Part shown: positions 1 to 9,326 of the stretch, piece by piece
Layout: each line of letters starts with the position of its first letter
Numbering within the stretch: the stretch's first letter is position 1
Source: a virus
Lineage: Duplodnaviria; Heunggongvirae; Uroviricota; Caudoviricetes
DNA length: 37,575 nucleotides
Direction: 5' to 3' (one strand)
IMG/VR virus record: IMGVR_UViG_3300022218_000001
Location: 71,179 to 108,753 of that record
Position numbers and translations under genes: made by a program
The notes under the pieces: generated by a model
What the model saw: only the letters and a program-made list of their open reading frames with translations
Told to the model about the DNA's origin: nothing
The model's database searches: none

Positions 1-63
1 ACAGGCTTTCTGCGCAAGTCAAATAGGCCTTTTGCGTGGGACGTTCATGGAGAGGTATATTTT

Positions 64-1047
64 ATGAAGATTCTCTACACTTCCAAAACTCCGCTCGCCG
101 GTGTTTGCGAGAAGATGTGCAGAACCATCAACAAATACTTTGGCGGCGAGCATGAAGCTCGGGTCCTCAATAAGGGGCCTGGGAAGCATCGGTGGTACTG
201 TCGAGATCCAAAGAAGCTTGTTCCTGCGTACAGGGTAGACAACAAGGACCACGTCTCAGAATGCCTGGAATGGGCTGATGTGATTCACTGCATGGCGAAC
301 GTTGGTGTGGTCTTCTTTGGTCGAGAGGATCTCCTCCGCAAAAAAACTTGGGTCTACCAATGGCACGGGGCTCAGATATGGCCTTTTGAGAGAGTGTGGC
401 TACCTCGGCACTACCCGCATGTCCGGTTCCTCCACATAGGGCAGGGCTGGGTTGAAAGTGCACAAGATCAATCGAAGTTCTTCAAACCATTCTTTGAGCA
501 ACACGGCGCCATTGTTGTCCCTAATGTTATCACTGGCGATGATCCCCTTCACACTCCGCTCCCGTGGTCGAAGAGGCATCGCTGCCCTGTTGTTGGGTTT
601 GCTCCATCGCAGCGCAACGACGGGGCTGTGAACAAAAAAGGTGTTGGTCTTGTGAAGAGGGAGAGCGGAGGGGTCCGGGTGGATTTGATTTGTGGTTTAG
701 CGTTTGAGGATTGCCTCAAGCGAAAGCAGAAGTGCAAGCTCGGGATCGACGAGGTCGTCACCCCGATGTACCATCTATCCGGCTTGGAGTTTCTTGCTCA
801 GGGGACGCCGTGTATTTGCAGCTATACAAGTGAGACAGAGCGTATCTTGAAGGATGCTACCGGGTCGGATAGGATGCCATTCATCAATGCCAAGGGCAAA
901 ACTTTGAATGGAAAACTGCGAGCTTGGGCTGACTTGGGGACAGCCGACAGGGAGTTGATGGGGAAGGAGGCCAGGGAGTGGTTTGATGAGTTTTACCACC
1001 CACGCCTCATCATCGAGAAGTACCTCGACGTGTATTGCAGGGGATAA
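64..1047 (+). CDS. Glycosyltransferase, GT-B/GT4-like (paralog of 3395-4420)
   Basis: 327 aa. The C-terminal half (GIDEVVTPMYHLSGLEFLAQGTPCICS...GKEAREWFDEFY) fits the GT-B donor-binding domain. It aligns by eye with 3395-4420. Confidence 0.7.
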   Translation: MKILYTSKTPLAGVCEKMCRTINKYFGGEHEARVLNKGPGKHRWYCRDPKKLVPAYRVDNKDHVSECLEWADVIHCMANVGVVFFGREDLLRKKTWVYQWHGAQIWPFERVWLPRHYPHVRFLHIGQGWVESAQDQSKFFKPFFEQHGAIVVPNVITGDDPLHTPLPWSKRHRCPVVGFAPSQRNDGAVNKKGVGLVKRESGGVRVDLICGLAFEDCLKRKQKCKLGIDEVVTPMYHLSGLEFLAQGTPCICSYTSETERILKDATGSDRMPFINAKGKTLNGKLRAWADLGTADRELMGKEAREWFDEFYHPRLIIEKYLDVYCRG

Positions 1048-1059
1048 GGAGGAAGAGAC

Positions 1060-1464
1060 ATGGCAAGGGGAATTCTTCAAAATTTAAGTCGCCCTCGGCC
1101 TGGGGAGGAAAACACAATAGTCTTGGCGACTGGGATCCGGTTCGCAAAGATCATTTCACGTAAATTCATTTGTCCTGCATGCAATACTTTTTGTGGTGAG
1201 TTGGTGCCCGTCATAGATGGGAAAACTCGGCGGTGGATGAGAGCGAACAGGAAAACCTTGTTTTCTCCTGAGCTTCAGGTCAAGGTCTTTTGCTATTCAG
1301 GGTGCCATGACAGATCTGGGTGGGGATGGAAAGAATTCAATTGGTCTCAATCGGAGATTGACAGCATCAAGGCATGGCCGACTCAATGGATTACAGATAA
1401 GGGTGCACTTGAGACGGAACGTGTTGTCAGGGAAGAACAAGATAAACGAAAGCGTGGCAGGTAA
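1060..1464 (+). CDS. Hypothetical protein with putative Zn-binding Cys motifs
   Basis: 134 aa with an AGGAGG RBS. Contains CPAC and CYSGCH, ends in a basic tail, and its stop overlaps the next ATG (TAATG). Confidence 0.6.
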   Translation: MARGILQNLSRPRPGEENTIVLATGIRFAKIISRKFICPACNTFCGELVPVIDGKTRRWMRANRKTLFSPELQVKVFCYSGCHDRSGWGWKEFNWSQSEIDSIKAWPTQWITDKGALETERVVREEQDKRKRGR

Positions 1465-2153
1465 TGCACAAACTCAATCGGCTTTTTTGGGAAAAGTGCG
1501 AGGCCAAATATCCTGAATTTTTTCATGGTGTTGGCCGCGTCCTGGAGGTTGGCAGTTGCAACGTCAACGGATCTGTGCGTGATCACTTCAGTGATGTGGG
1601 GACGTACATTGGCGTGGACTGGAGGGCTGGGCTGGATGTAGATCTGGTTTGCCTTGCCTCACGGATGTCATTTGATGAGCGTTTCGATGTTGTTATCTCT
1701 GCATCGATGCTTGAGCATGATCCAGAGTGGCGCCTGTCGCTCGTCAATATGGTGTCGCAGTTAAAGCCGGATGGTATTTTGATGCTTTCATGGGGAGCTG
1801 CTCGAAACGCCCCGCATTCACATAGCACCGCAGTCGATGGTGAGTTCCATCCGAGGCCAGCCGGCCAGGTGATTAGCTTTCTGCAAAGCATCGGAGTGTA
1901 CGTTCATTTTTTTCGTTATGAGGCAAAGCTGCGGGTGAAAGATAAGGCAAAGCCTGTAGAAGAAGTTCACAGCAAGGGCATGGGTGAGGTTTGTCTCATT
2001 GCTTTCAAGAATCCAGATATCGCTAAAGGCCCTATAGAAGTAGACGAGCTTCTCTCTGAGGACAACATTGGATGGGAGGCCGATCCTGTCTTGCCGCAGG
2101 CTGGCCCGAAGAAGCCGCGTAGGCACCCAGCAAGGAGACGAGGAAGGAAATGA
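1464..2153 (+). CDS. Class I SAM-dependent methyltransferase
   Basis: Motif I VLEVGS, then YIGVDW, FDVVISASMLEHD and LKPDGIL. Ends in an Arg/Lys-rich tail. Confidence 0.8.
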   Translation: MHKLNRLFWEKCEAKYPEFFHGVGRVLEVGSCNVNGSVRDHFSDVGTYIGVDWRAGLDVDLVCLASRMSFDERFDVVISASMLEHDPEWRLSLVNMVSQLKPDGILMLSWGAARNAPHSHSTAVDGEFHPRPAGQVISFLQSIGVYVHFFRYEAKLRVKDKAKPVEEVHSKGMGEVCLIAFKNPDIAKGPIEVDELLSEDNIGWEADPVLPQAGPKKPRRHPARRRGRK

Positions 2154-2875
2154 CAGCACAGTTCAGGGAAATGATTGGACCCCTCCAGGGGTCATGCAGA
2201 GGGCTTCGTTGTTATATCGTGGGGACAGGGCCAACGATGGATGACGTGAATCTCTCGAAGCTAAGGGGTCAATACATCATGGCTCTTAATGGGGCTGTGT
2301 TGAAATTTACCAACCTTCGTTCTTATCCAGATGCTTGGTGGGTTTGGTATGACGCTCGAGCCTATCGTGAATTGTGGAGCCGTGTAAAAGACCAATGGCG
2401 GCGTATCCAATGTATCATCCATAAGAAGGGGATGGAGGATATGCGCTCGCATCTTGGTGCTGGTCGTTATGTGGAGTACGTCAAGGATAATTTTAGAGCC
2501 TCGAGGACTGTGGCGGAGACCGCGATTCTCCTCTGCCAGTTTCTTGGTTTCAGCGAAGTGGTGCTTGTCGGGATTGACGGGATGCAGGCGCGCGACGGGA
2601 TCCCTTATGCCTCTGGCTTTGAATGGAAGCATTGCCGGTTCATGACAGCCGGACAGCAAGAGAGCTGTCAGAAATCAAGCGCGCAGATGGTCCAAGCCTT
2701 CGAAGATCTAAAAGAGAAGCTCGCAGATCGTGGTAGGGTGCCACGAATAATTCAAACGTCGGTGGCTTATCCTGTACGCGACCAATTTGAATTCGTACCG
2801 TTTGATAAAATCGTAGAAGAAGAGGTCGTGAAAGTTGGCCCGACCAAGCCTGCAAAATCACATCCGAAGTTTTGA
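2150..2875 (+). CDS. Maf/DUF115 (MptE-like) protein, putative CMP-nonulosonate transferase #1
   Basis: CYIVGTGPTM, IMALNGAV and FLGFSEVVLVGIDG match the GxGP[ST]...N...GxD pattern of this family. ATGA overlap with the previous gene. Confidence 0.7.
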   Translation: MTAQFREMIGPLQGSCRGLRCYIVGTGPTMDDVNLSKLRGQYIMALNGAVLKFTNLRSYPDAWWVWYDARAYRELWSRVKDQWRRIQCIIHKKGMEDMRSHLGAGRYVEYVKDNFRASRTVAETAILLCQFLGFSEVVLVGIDGMQARDGIPYASGFEWKHCRFMTAGQQESCQKSSAQMVQAFEDLKEKLADRGRVPRIIQTSVAYPVRDQFEFVPFDKIVEEEVVKVGPTKPAKSHPKF

Positions 2876-3398
2876 GAAAGCTTATGCCAGTGGGTGGCGC
2901 AGTGATCCAACAGGGCATCACCGGACTATCTTTCGGCTTTCTCCGTTTTTTCGTGACCATGGTGTAGAGAGGATCCTTGACATCGGTTGTGGCCGTGGCC
3001 TTGTACTGAAGCAGCTTGCAATGGATGGTTTTGATGTTCTTGGAACGGAAGTCGTTCCTTGCCTCCTTGCAAAGGATCTAAAATGGATGTCCGCTGCTCC
3101 GACCCCAGTTCATGATATGGATATTTTTGTCGACAATACATTCGACCTTGTGCTCATGACCGATTTTTTAGACCACCTTCGTGACGAGCAGGAGGTCGAC
3201 GATGCGCTTAGCCAGGCGAGCCGCTTGGCCTCGAATGGAATTATTGTGACCTTGGGAGGGCCTTCATCTCTAAGGACCATCGATCAGCCGCGCGATTGGT
3301 GGCGTGAAAAAATCTGTGCATTCATTAAGTTTCCGGTGCGTACGAACATGACCTATGAGAGCATTGACGGGTACGCATTTTGGGAGGGAGATGAATGA
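2835..3398 (+). CDS. Class I SAM-dependent methyltransferase (paralog of 8676-9326)
   Basis: ILDIGCGRG, FDVLGTE and FDLVLMTDFLDHL. TTG start with AGAGG upstream; the start is uncertain. Confidence 0.8.
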   Translation: MARPSLQNHIRSFEKAYASGWRSDPTGHHRTIFRLSPFFRDHGVERILDIGCGRGLVLKQLAMDGFDVLGTEVVPCLLAKDLKWMSAAPTPVHDMDIFVDNTFDLVLMTDFLDHLRDEQEVDDALSQASRLASNGIIVTLGGPSSLRTIDQPRDWWREKICAFIKFPVRTNMTYESIDGYAFWEGDE

Positions 3399-4420
3399 AG
3401 ATTTGTCACTTCGTTGGTCACAGCCTTGTACGCTACACCCCAGGGCGCATTGCGACTCTCTGGGGCCGCTTCACCGAACACGAAGGACGAGCTTTTGCCT
3501 GTCGGCGCACAGGCGGTTGGCTTTTTCACGAGCCTCTCAACCCCTATGGTTTTTACTGTCCAAAACAAATGCACAAGGGGCCTCTTAAAGATTGGGTCGA
3601 AGCCGCCGATGTGCTTCACTTCCACGATGACAGCTACCCCTCAGTGCTCGAGGGGTGGCGGTGTGACCTGCGTGGCAAAGTAAAAATCTACCATGCTCAC
3701 ATTGGCAATATCCCCGATCGTTTTTTTAAGCCTCGAAGTGGGCGCCTGAAGTGGCGAGAGGATGTTAGCTACGCGGGCATTACAAATGGGTATGGGCACC
3801 TGTTCGATGAAGACGAGCGCCGAAACCCAGGAAGAAAGTGGGGCCGCTTGCCGGATGTCTTAGATCTCGACAGCCCCGTGTTTCGTCAGAGCCCGACCCT
3901 CTACCCAGACCCAAATGACAAAACGCTACGTGTGGTCTATACCTACTCAAACAACAGAGAAGATGGGAAGATTAACGCCAAAAGGCCAAAGGCGCATGCA
4001 CGTCTCTTAGTTGGTATCCCGGGGGTCCAATACATAGCTGTCTGTAATAGACCGTTCGAGGAAGCGCAGGCAATCAAGGCCTCTGCTCATGTCGTCCTTG
4101 AGGAATGCTTTACTCAATACCTCCACCTTTCGGCGCTGGAGGGGGCCGCAATGGGGAAGCCAGTTGTTACAAGCTTCAACCAAGCAACAAAGCTTGAGAC
4201 TTCAGGCGCCGTTGGCGCCCCGCTCAGTGAATGGCCATTCATCGAGGCAGGGCCAAGGACGCTGCGTAGGGTCATTGAGAAGTTGAGAGATAACCGTGAG
4301 CTACTTGAAGAATGGGGAAAGAAAGGCCAGCGGTGGATGGAAACCTATTATACTGCCCCAAGCCTTCTGGCCCGATATGAGGAGTTCTATGAGCGAGCGA
4401 GAAAAGATCAAGGCCTTTGA
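3395..4420 (+). CDS. Glycosyltransferase, GT-B/GT4-like (paralog of 64-1047)
   Basis: 341 aa. Contains AHVVLEECFTQYLHLSALEGAAMGKPVVTS...GKKGQRWMETYY. Confidence 0.7.
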   Translation: MKICHFVGHSLVRYTPGRIATLWGRFTEHEGRAFACRRTGGWLFHEPLNPYGFYCPKQMHKGPLKDWVEAADVLHFHDDSYPSVLEGWRCDLRGKVKIYHAHIGNIPDRFFKPRSGRLKWREDVSYAGITNGYGHLFDEDERRNPGRKWGRLPDVLDLDSPVFRQSPTLYPDPNDKTLRVVYTYSNNREDGKINAKRPKAHARLLVGIPGVQYIAVCNRPFEEAQAIKASAHVVLEECFTQYLHLSALEGAAMGKPVVTSFNQATKLETSGAVGAPLSEWPFIEAGPRTLRRVIEKLRDNRELLEEWGKKGQRWMETYYTAPSLLARYEEFYERARKDQGL

Positions 4421-4622
4421 TTGGTCGAAGTTAGATGAAGCGTTCAAGGCCATGCCCCCTGAAATTCGCAGTCGAATTGAAGTACCACTGAGAGCATCGA
4501 GCCCTCGTGTATTCCTTCTAACATTAAGGAATCTTCGAGACACACTCGATAATGCCATCAAGCATATGGAGGAGGTGGTTGGTGACAATCCCAGCACTGA
4601 TCTTAGCACGGGGCGGAAGTAA
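4389..4622 (+). CDS. Small hypothetical protein (77 aa, MSEREKIKAFDW...)
   Basis: ATG at 4389 follows GAGGAG and is in frame with track ORF 4296-4622. The sequence looks helical. Confidence 0.5.
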   Translation: MSEREKIKAFDWSKLDEAFKAMPPEIRSRIEVPLRASSPRVFLLTLRNLRDTLDNAIKHMEEVVGDNPSTDLSTGRK

Positions 4623-5304
4623 AGGGATCCCTGGCAAAAACCTCAAGGAGGTTGGCGGGCAAACGCTGCTCGCCCATTGTGTCAGCGTAGCCACTGCAAG
4701 CCGGCTATCTCCTGTCTTTGTGTGGAGCGACAGCCCGGACATCCGAGCCGAGGGCACAAGGATGGGAGCCAAGTGTCCACCTCGAGATGGGCGTTTCGCT
4801 ACAGATACAATTACGTCTGAAGAAAGCGTTGCGGCGTTTTTGGAAGAGCATGACCCTGGAGAAAAGTGGAAGGCCGTGGCTCTGCTTCAATGTACGACGC
4901 CGTTTCTAACTACGAAGGCGTTGGATTTGTGCGTTGAGAAATTCGAGGAGGGTGGGCGAGATGCTGTTATTACTGTAGTCGATGCTACGCAGAGATATCT
5001 TGGGTACCCACAGCGCGGAAATGGCGGCTCTGAGTTTGTTCCAATGCGTCCCTATCGCGCTCTTCGGCAAGAAGAAGCAATGTCGATGTACATGGAAAAT
5101 GGTGGGTGCTATTTAGCCAAGCGGGAGCTTTGGGTCTCTGGTCGCCGCATGGGGCGAAATAACGGAGTTGTCGTAATGCCATGGTGGGATGGTTTGGAGA
5201 TAGATGAAAAGGATGACCTTGAGGTCGCGAGGGTCTTGGCACCGCTGAGACGGGTGAGTAAGACCACGGCCGTTCGCTTCATCGATACGGAGGTGCGACC
5301 ATGA
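4582..5304 (+). CDS. neuA: CMP-N-acylneuraminate (nonulosonate) cytidylyltransferase
   Basis: Canonical ILARGGSKGIPGKN, plus LLQCTTPF, ENGGCY and EIDEKDDL. GTG at 4582 follows GGAGGAGG. Confidence 0.9.
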   Translation: MTIPALILARGGSKGIPGKNLKEVGGQTLLAHCVSVATASRLSPVFVWSDSPDIRAEGTRMGAKCPPRDGRFATDTITSEESVAAFLEEHDPGEKWKAVALLQCTTPFLTTKALDLCVEKFEEGGRDAVITVVDATQRYLGYPQRGNGGSEFVPMRPYRALRQEEAMSMYMENGGCYLAKRELWVSGRRMGRNNGVVVMPWWDGLEIDEKDDLEVARVLAPLRRVSKTTAVRFIDTEVRP

Positions 5305-5852
5305 CACATGTTGCCAGCACGCGCTATCTCGAGCTTGGGCCAGAAAAGAACAATCATACGAGGAACCGTGATCGATTCTCTCATTCTTGGCAAACAGCAG
5401 GGCTGTCTGAGAAGACACCATCGGACTGTCCGTTAGATCTCAACGGAGAATTCCCATGGCCAGACGGCCGCTTTGAGGTTGTGTACTCTTCGCACGTTTT
5501 AGAACACCTCGCCGCCCCTCGTTCTTTTCTGAAAAATTGTTTTCGAGTACTTGAGCCGCATGGGCTTATACGGATCGTTGTTCCGTCAATGCCGTTCGTT
5601 ATTGACCGATATGTCAAGGGCAAGGCCTCTCTCGATCAAGTCCTTGAGTGGGCACGGGACTATCGTCCAATGAAGCATCGGGATGGCTATGATGAAATAA
5701 AGATCGTATCTCTGCTTGAGTCGGCTGGGTTTGAGTGGGTTCGCACACTCAAGCCGAACAAGTCGATAATGCCAGAGATGAGAGATCCTTATTTTTCTAC
5801 AAGGCCAAACAAGAGCATTAGGTGTGAAGGGAGGAAGCCATGCCTAAAGTGA
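5301..5852 (+). CDS. Methyltransferase type 11-like protein
   Basis: DLNGEFPWPDGRFEVVYSSHVLEHL...CFRVLEPHGLIRIVVP. Motif I is degenerate (LELGPE). Confidence 0.75.
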   Translation: MTHVASTRYLELGPEKNNHTRNRDRFSHSWQTAGLSEKTPSDCPLDLNGEFPWPDGRFEVVYSSHVLEHLAAPRSFLKNCFRVLEPHGLIRIVVPSMPFVIDRYVKGKASLDQVLEWARDYRPMKHRDGYDEIKIVSLLESAGFEWVRTLKPNKSIMPEMRDPYFSTRPNKSIRCEGRKPCLK

Positions 5853-6697
5853 TTGCTGATATCGGAATCAACCATAACGGCGATATTTCAAAAGTCCTTG
5901 AAATGATTGATGCGGTGAAACATTGTGGTGCGGATTATGTAAAGCTCCAGAAGCGTGACATTGAGAGCTGCTACACTGAAGAAGATCTCTCCAAGCCATG
6001 CAGCTCTCCATGGGGGGCTACAGTTGGCGACAAGGTTTATGGGAGAGAGCTGGCATGGAGCGATTTTCATCTCATCGCAAATAGGTGCGACGAGCGGTCA
6101 TTGGGCTGGTCCGCTTCTTGCTTTGACTTGAAAAGCCTTGAAGAGCTTGAAACTTTATACGGTGAACGCATAGCATTTCACAAGGTCCCAAGCGCAATGG
6201 CGAAGCATGAGGCATTCCTCAAACAGGTGGCATCTTATGGCCGCCTTACTTTCATTAGCGTTGGCCTTGCGTCCAATCTTCATGAGGTCAAGACCGTTTG
6301 TCGCATATTTGAAGAGTTGTCCTGTAAGTATGTTCTAAACATCACCACTGCCCTGTACCCAACATCTCTTGCCCGCTGCAACATTGCGCGAATAGAGACG
6401 ATCAGGAATTTTCGATTTTGTGAGCTTCACCACTGTGTCGGTGTTGGGTACTCCGGGCATGAGGTCGGTCTACTTCCATCTATCGTCGCGGTTTGTTTCG
6501 GCGCAACTCATATCGAGCGGCACTTTACGTTAGATCGATCTTGGTACGGAGCAGATCAGGCCTCCAGCCTTGAGCCAGAAGGCCTTCGTCGCCTATGCCG
6601 TGACGTCTCACAGATTGAAGATATTGCTGGCAGTCCAAAGATTCAGCTCATGGGCGATGAAAAAAACCCTGTGACTTTCTTTAAGGGCACACAATGA
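5840..6697 (+). CDS. neuB: N-acetylneuraminate/nonulosonate synthase (short form, no C-terminal AFP-like domain)
   Basis: IADIGINHNGD, GADYVKLQK, GYSGHE, GATHIERHFT and DQASSLEP. 285 aa. Confidence 0.9.
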   Translation: MPKVIADIGINHNGDISKVLEMIDAVKHCGADYVKLQKRDIESCYTEEDLSKPCSSPWGATVGDKVYGRELAWSDFHLIANRCDERSLGWSASCFDLKSLEELETLYGERIAFHKVPSAMAKHEAFLKQVASYGRLTFISVGLASNLHEVKTVCRIFEELSCKYVLNITTALYPTSLARCNIARIETIRNFRFCELHHCVGVGYSGHEVGLLPSIVAVCFGATHIERHFTLDRSWYGADQASSLEPEGLRRLCRDVSQIEDIAGSPKIQLMGDEKNPVTFFKGTQ

Positions 6698-7131
6698 AGA
6701 AAAAACCTTCTTCACCTCTTGGGAATGTCTATTCAACCGCCGAGCTTAAAACAAAGCACAAGCGAGTGAGGTTTTTTCAAGTGGGGGATGAGTATCTCAT
6801 TAAGCAGGCGTGCGCTATTGCAAATAGGAGGCCTGGGTTCCAAATTCTTGGGCTACCAGAAGATATCGAAATCCTTGGTGTCTGGTATGAGCACTTCTGG
6901 AGAGCGTTCTCTTTCAAGGCGTGCTCGATGGAGTGGCCAGAGCACGACGCCTCGCTCAAGATAATCGACAGACATGAAATTGAGGTCATCGAAGCGCCAA
7001 CAGAAGAAGCGGAATTTGTACTTTGGCGCAAAATGGCAGACGCGGTCACTGCAAATCAGAAGTTAGTCCCAGCCACCGAAGCCATTGACCTTCTTAGGGG
7101 TAAGCAAGATGACAAGAAACGTACTTCTTGA
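6694..7131 (+). CDS. Hypothetical protein
   Basis: 145 aa with an ATGA overlap to neuB. No recognised motif. Confidence 0.55.
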   Translation: MKKKPSSPLGNVYSTAELKTKHKRVRFFQVGDEYLIKQACAIANRRPGFQILGLPEDIEILGVWYEHFWRAFSFKACSMEWPEHDASLKIIDRHEIEVIEAPTEEAEFVLWRKMADAVTANQKLVPATEAIDLLRGKQDDKKRTS

Positions 7132-7825
7132 AGCTCATAACTTCTGGGCTTCAAGTTCGAAGCGAACAAGAGACTTCGCTCATATCCGTGGCACTGGACG
7201 ATGGAGAGACGAAGAGGCATGGCTTCGCATCGGTCGCGGGCACCTTGAGCAGTTCTGTAGTTACTACGATGATGGCATGCAGCCGCTTCGATCTCTCCTT
7301 GAATGGGGGCCAGGAGGAGGATCTAACATCGTCGCTTTCTCCAGGGTTTTTGAGGAGGCCACAGTCGTAGACATTTCCATCGACGCTCTTCGGTCAGCGG
7401 TTATGGCTGTGAAAGATCTTTGCCCAGGGTTTGAAACAAACGCATTCCCACTCACGATCGATGCTCCGAGCGCAGCATTAAAGCTCGGTGCTAATTCATT
7501 CGATTTTTTGATCTGCACTGCTGTTATCCAACACATGCCATCTGTCGAACATTTTATTGAGACCGCAGGCATTTGGAACAAGCTTTTGCGTCCAGGTGCG
7601 TATGGTCTTGTTCAGTTCCGAACCAGGGTCGGCTGCCAAGCGTACCGAAAAAAGAAAAAAGAGAACGGAGGTGCATACAAACACAATGTCAGTCGTTGGA
7701 TGATGCTTCGACAAAAAGAATTCATTCCGATCGTAGAAGGCGCTGGGTTTGAAGTCTTGGATATCGTGAACGGAGAAGAGAGGACAGCGACAGGGTATGC
7801 TTATGCCTGGCTGAAGAACAAATGA
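7109..7825 (+). CDS. Class I SAM-dependent methyltransferase
   Basis: LLEWGPGGGS, VVDIS, FDFLICTAVIQHM and LLRPGAYG. ATG at 7109 preferred over TTG at 7085. Confidence 0.8.
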   Translation: MTRNVLLEAHNFWASSSKRTRDFAHIRGTGRWRDEEAWLRIGRGHLEQFCSYYDDGMQPLRSLLEWGPGGGSNIVAFSRVFEEATVVDISIDALRSAVMAVKDLCPGFETNAFPLTIDAPSAALKLGANSFDFLICTAVIQHMPSVEHFIETAGIWNKLLRPGAYGLVQFRTRVGCQAYRKKKKENGGAYKHNVSRWMMLRQKEFIPIVEGAGFEVLDIVNGEERTATGYAYAWLKNK

Positions 7826-8679
7826 AGCTGCACCGCATGGCGTTTGAGTACTGGGAAGATGAACACACGGCCCTGCTACGCAGCGAACGTCGCGCTGGGT
7901 CTGGGTTCGCACAGGAAGATGACCGATGGGCCAATGACCCAGAGTGGTATTGTCGCCAGCATTTTCACTACGACAAAGATGGTAAAGGACCGTACTTTCT
8001 CAATCGCAGATGCAAAGCCCTCCTGAAACAGCATGGGCCTTTTCGTGGTCGTTACCGAGACGCAGATGAACTGGAGGACACGGCCATCGGCCGAACGGTC
8101 TATCTCTTCTGCCCAGGGCCATCGCTGTCTTGCGTTCCGCCAGATGCCTTTCGCGACGAGATCTCCATGGCAGTTAATTCTGCCGGGCTCCGCATGACAC
8201 CGACCTTCTGGGTGATGGCTGAGAGTGCCTACGCCTTATGGCTCATGAGCGAGCCACAAAAACACCAGCCAGACTGCTGTGTTATTTCGACAGCTCGAGT
8301 CGCTGTTGTGCTCAGGGCGAAAGAACGCGCAGCTCGCCGAGATTTTTTTCGTCGTGTCTTTGTTGCCCGGTGGGAGGAAGAGCTGATCGTCCCAGCTCGG
8401 GTACCGGCGGTGTCTGTCTTTAATGCTCTTGTCGGAGCATGGCAGATGGGCGCTACCAAGTGCGTTGTTTTTGGCTTAGATCTTTCTCGCCCTGACGGAC
8501 AGCCATATGTGGACGGTGTCCAGTTTACGAAAGCGGGGGCTACGAACCCTTTCGATGACCAGGTCAAAGCGTTGCGCCAATTCAAACTCCCAGGCTTCGA
8601 GGTAGTTAACTGCTCCCCTTACAGCAGAGAACTTCTACCAAACTTCACAGCGGTCGATGCATCGGAGTTTTTATCATGA
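7822..8679 (+). CDS. Maf/DUF115 (MptE-like) protein, putative CMP-nonulosonate transferase #2
   Basis: VYLFCPGPSL, SMAVNSAG and WQMGATKCVVFGLDL, with an extra ~85-aa N-terminal region. Confidence 0.65.
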   Translation: MKLHRMAFEYWEDEHTALLRSERRAGSGFAQEDDRWANDPEWYCRQHFHYDKDGKGPYFLNRRCKALLKQHGPFRGRYRDADELEDTAIGRTVYLFCPGPSLSCVPPDAFRDEISMAVNSAGLRMTPTFWVMAESAYALWLMSEPQKHQPDCCVISTARVAVVLRAKERAARRDFFRRVFVARWEEELIVPARVPAVSVFNALVGAWQMGATKCVVFGLDLSRPDGQPYVDGVQFTKAGATNPFDDQVKALRQFKLPGFEVVNCSPYSRELLPNFTAVDASEFLS

Positions 8680-9326
8680 AGGAGCATACAGCCAAGAGCC
8701 TTGTTGATATTTATGACAAGCTCTACGGGATGCGGGGCGAATGGAAGCATCCGACAAAACGCAGCAATGGCAAGCCCATCACCATTGGCCGTTACGGTGG
8801 TCCGACAACAAGGAATGCACGATTTGTCAATTTTATTGAAGCTAACATTCCGAAGGAGGCCAGTGTCCATGATGCAGGATGCGGTCGTGGACATCTCATC
8901 TGTAAGCTTGGCGAGCTTGGATACAATGTCTCTGGCTCTGACTGTGCGCCTTCACTCTTTTTCCAGGAATTGCGAGATCTCCCGGCACAGCTTGTAACCT
9001 ATGAGGATCTCAGGGTATTCGGTCAGGACAGATTCAATGTCGTTGTCTCCAATGATGTTTTAGAGCACCTTGTTAATGAAGATGCCGTTGACAAAGCCAT
9101 CGCAGATTTGGCTTTCATTGCAAAGGACTGGCTTTTGGTATCTGTCGGGACTAAGCCAGCAAAGAACTTCCCATCAGTGAATAGAAGTCTTGGTATTGAT
9201 GACCTTCACAGAGTGAAGAGGGCCGGTGGCTGGTGGAGAGATAGACTCAATAAGCATATGGAAGAAATCGAACATCATCGGTCGAGAAATAATTGGTTCC
9301 AATTTGGAAGGGTACGCCGGTCATGA
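8676..9326 (+). CDS. Class I SAM-dependent methyltransferase (paralog of 2835-3398)
   Basis: VHDAGCGRG, VSGSD and FNVVVSNDVLEHL. Confidence 0.8.
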   Translation: MKEHTAKSLVDIYDKLYGMRGEWKHPTKRSNGKPITIGRYGGPTTRNARFVNFIEANIPKEASVHDAGCGRGHLICKLGELGYNVSGSDCAPSLFFQELRDLPAQLVTYEDLRVFGQDRFNVVVSNDVLEHLVNEDAVDKAIADLAFIAKDWLLVSVGTKPAKNFPSVNRSLGIDDLHRVKRAGGWWRDRLNKHMEEIEHHRSRNNWFQFGRVRRS

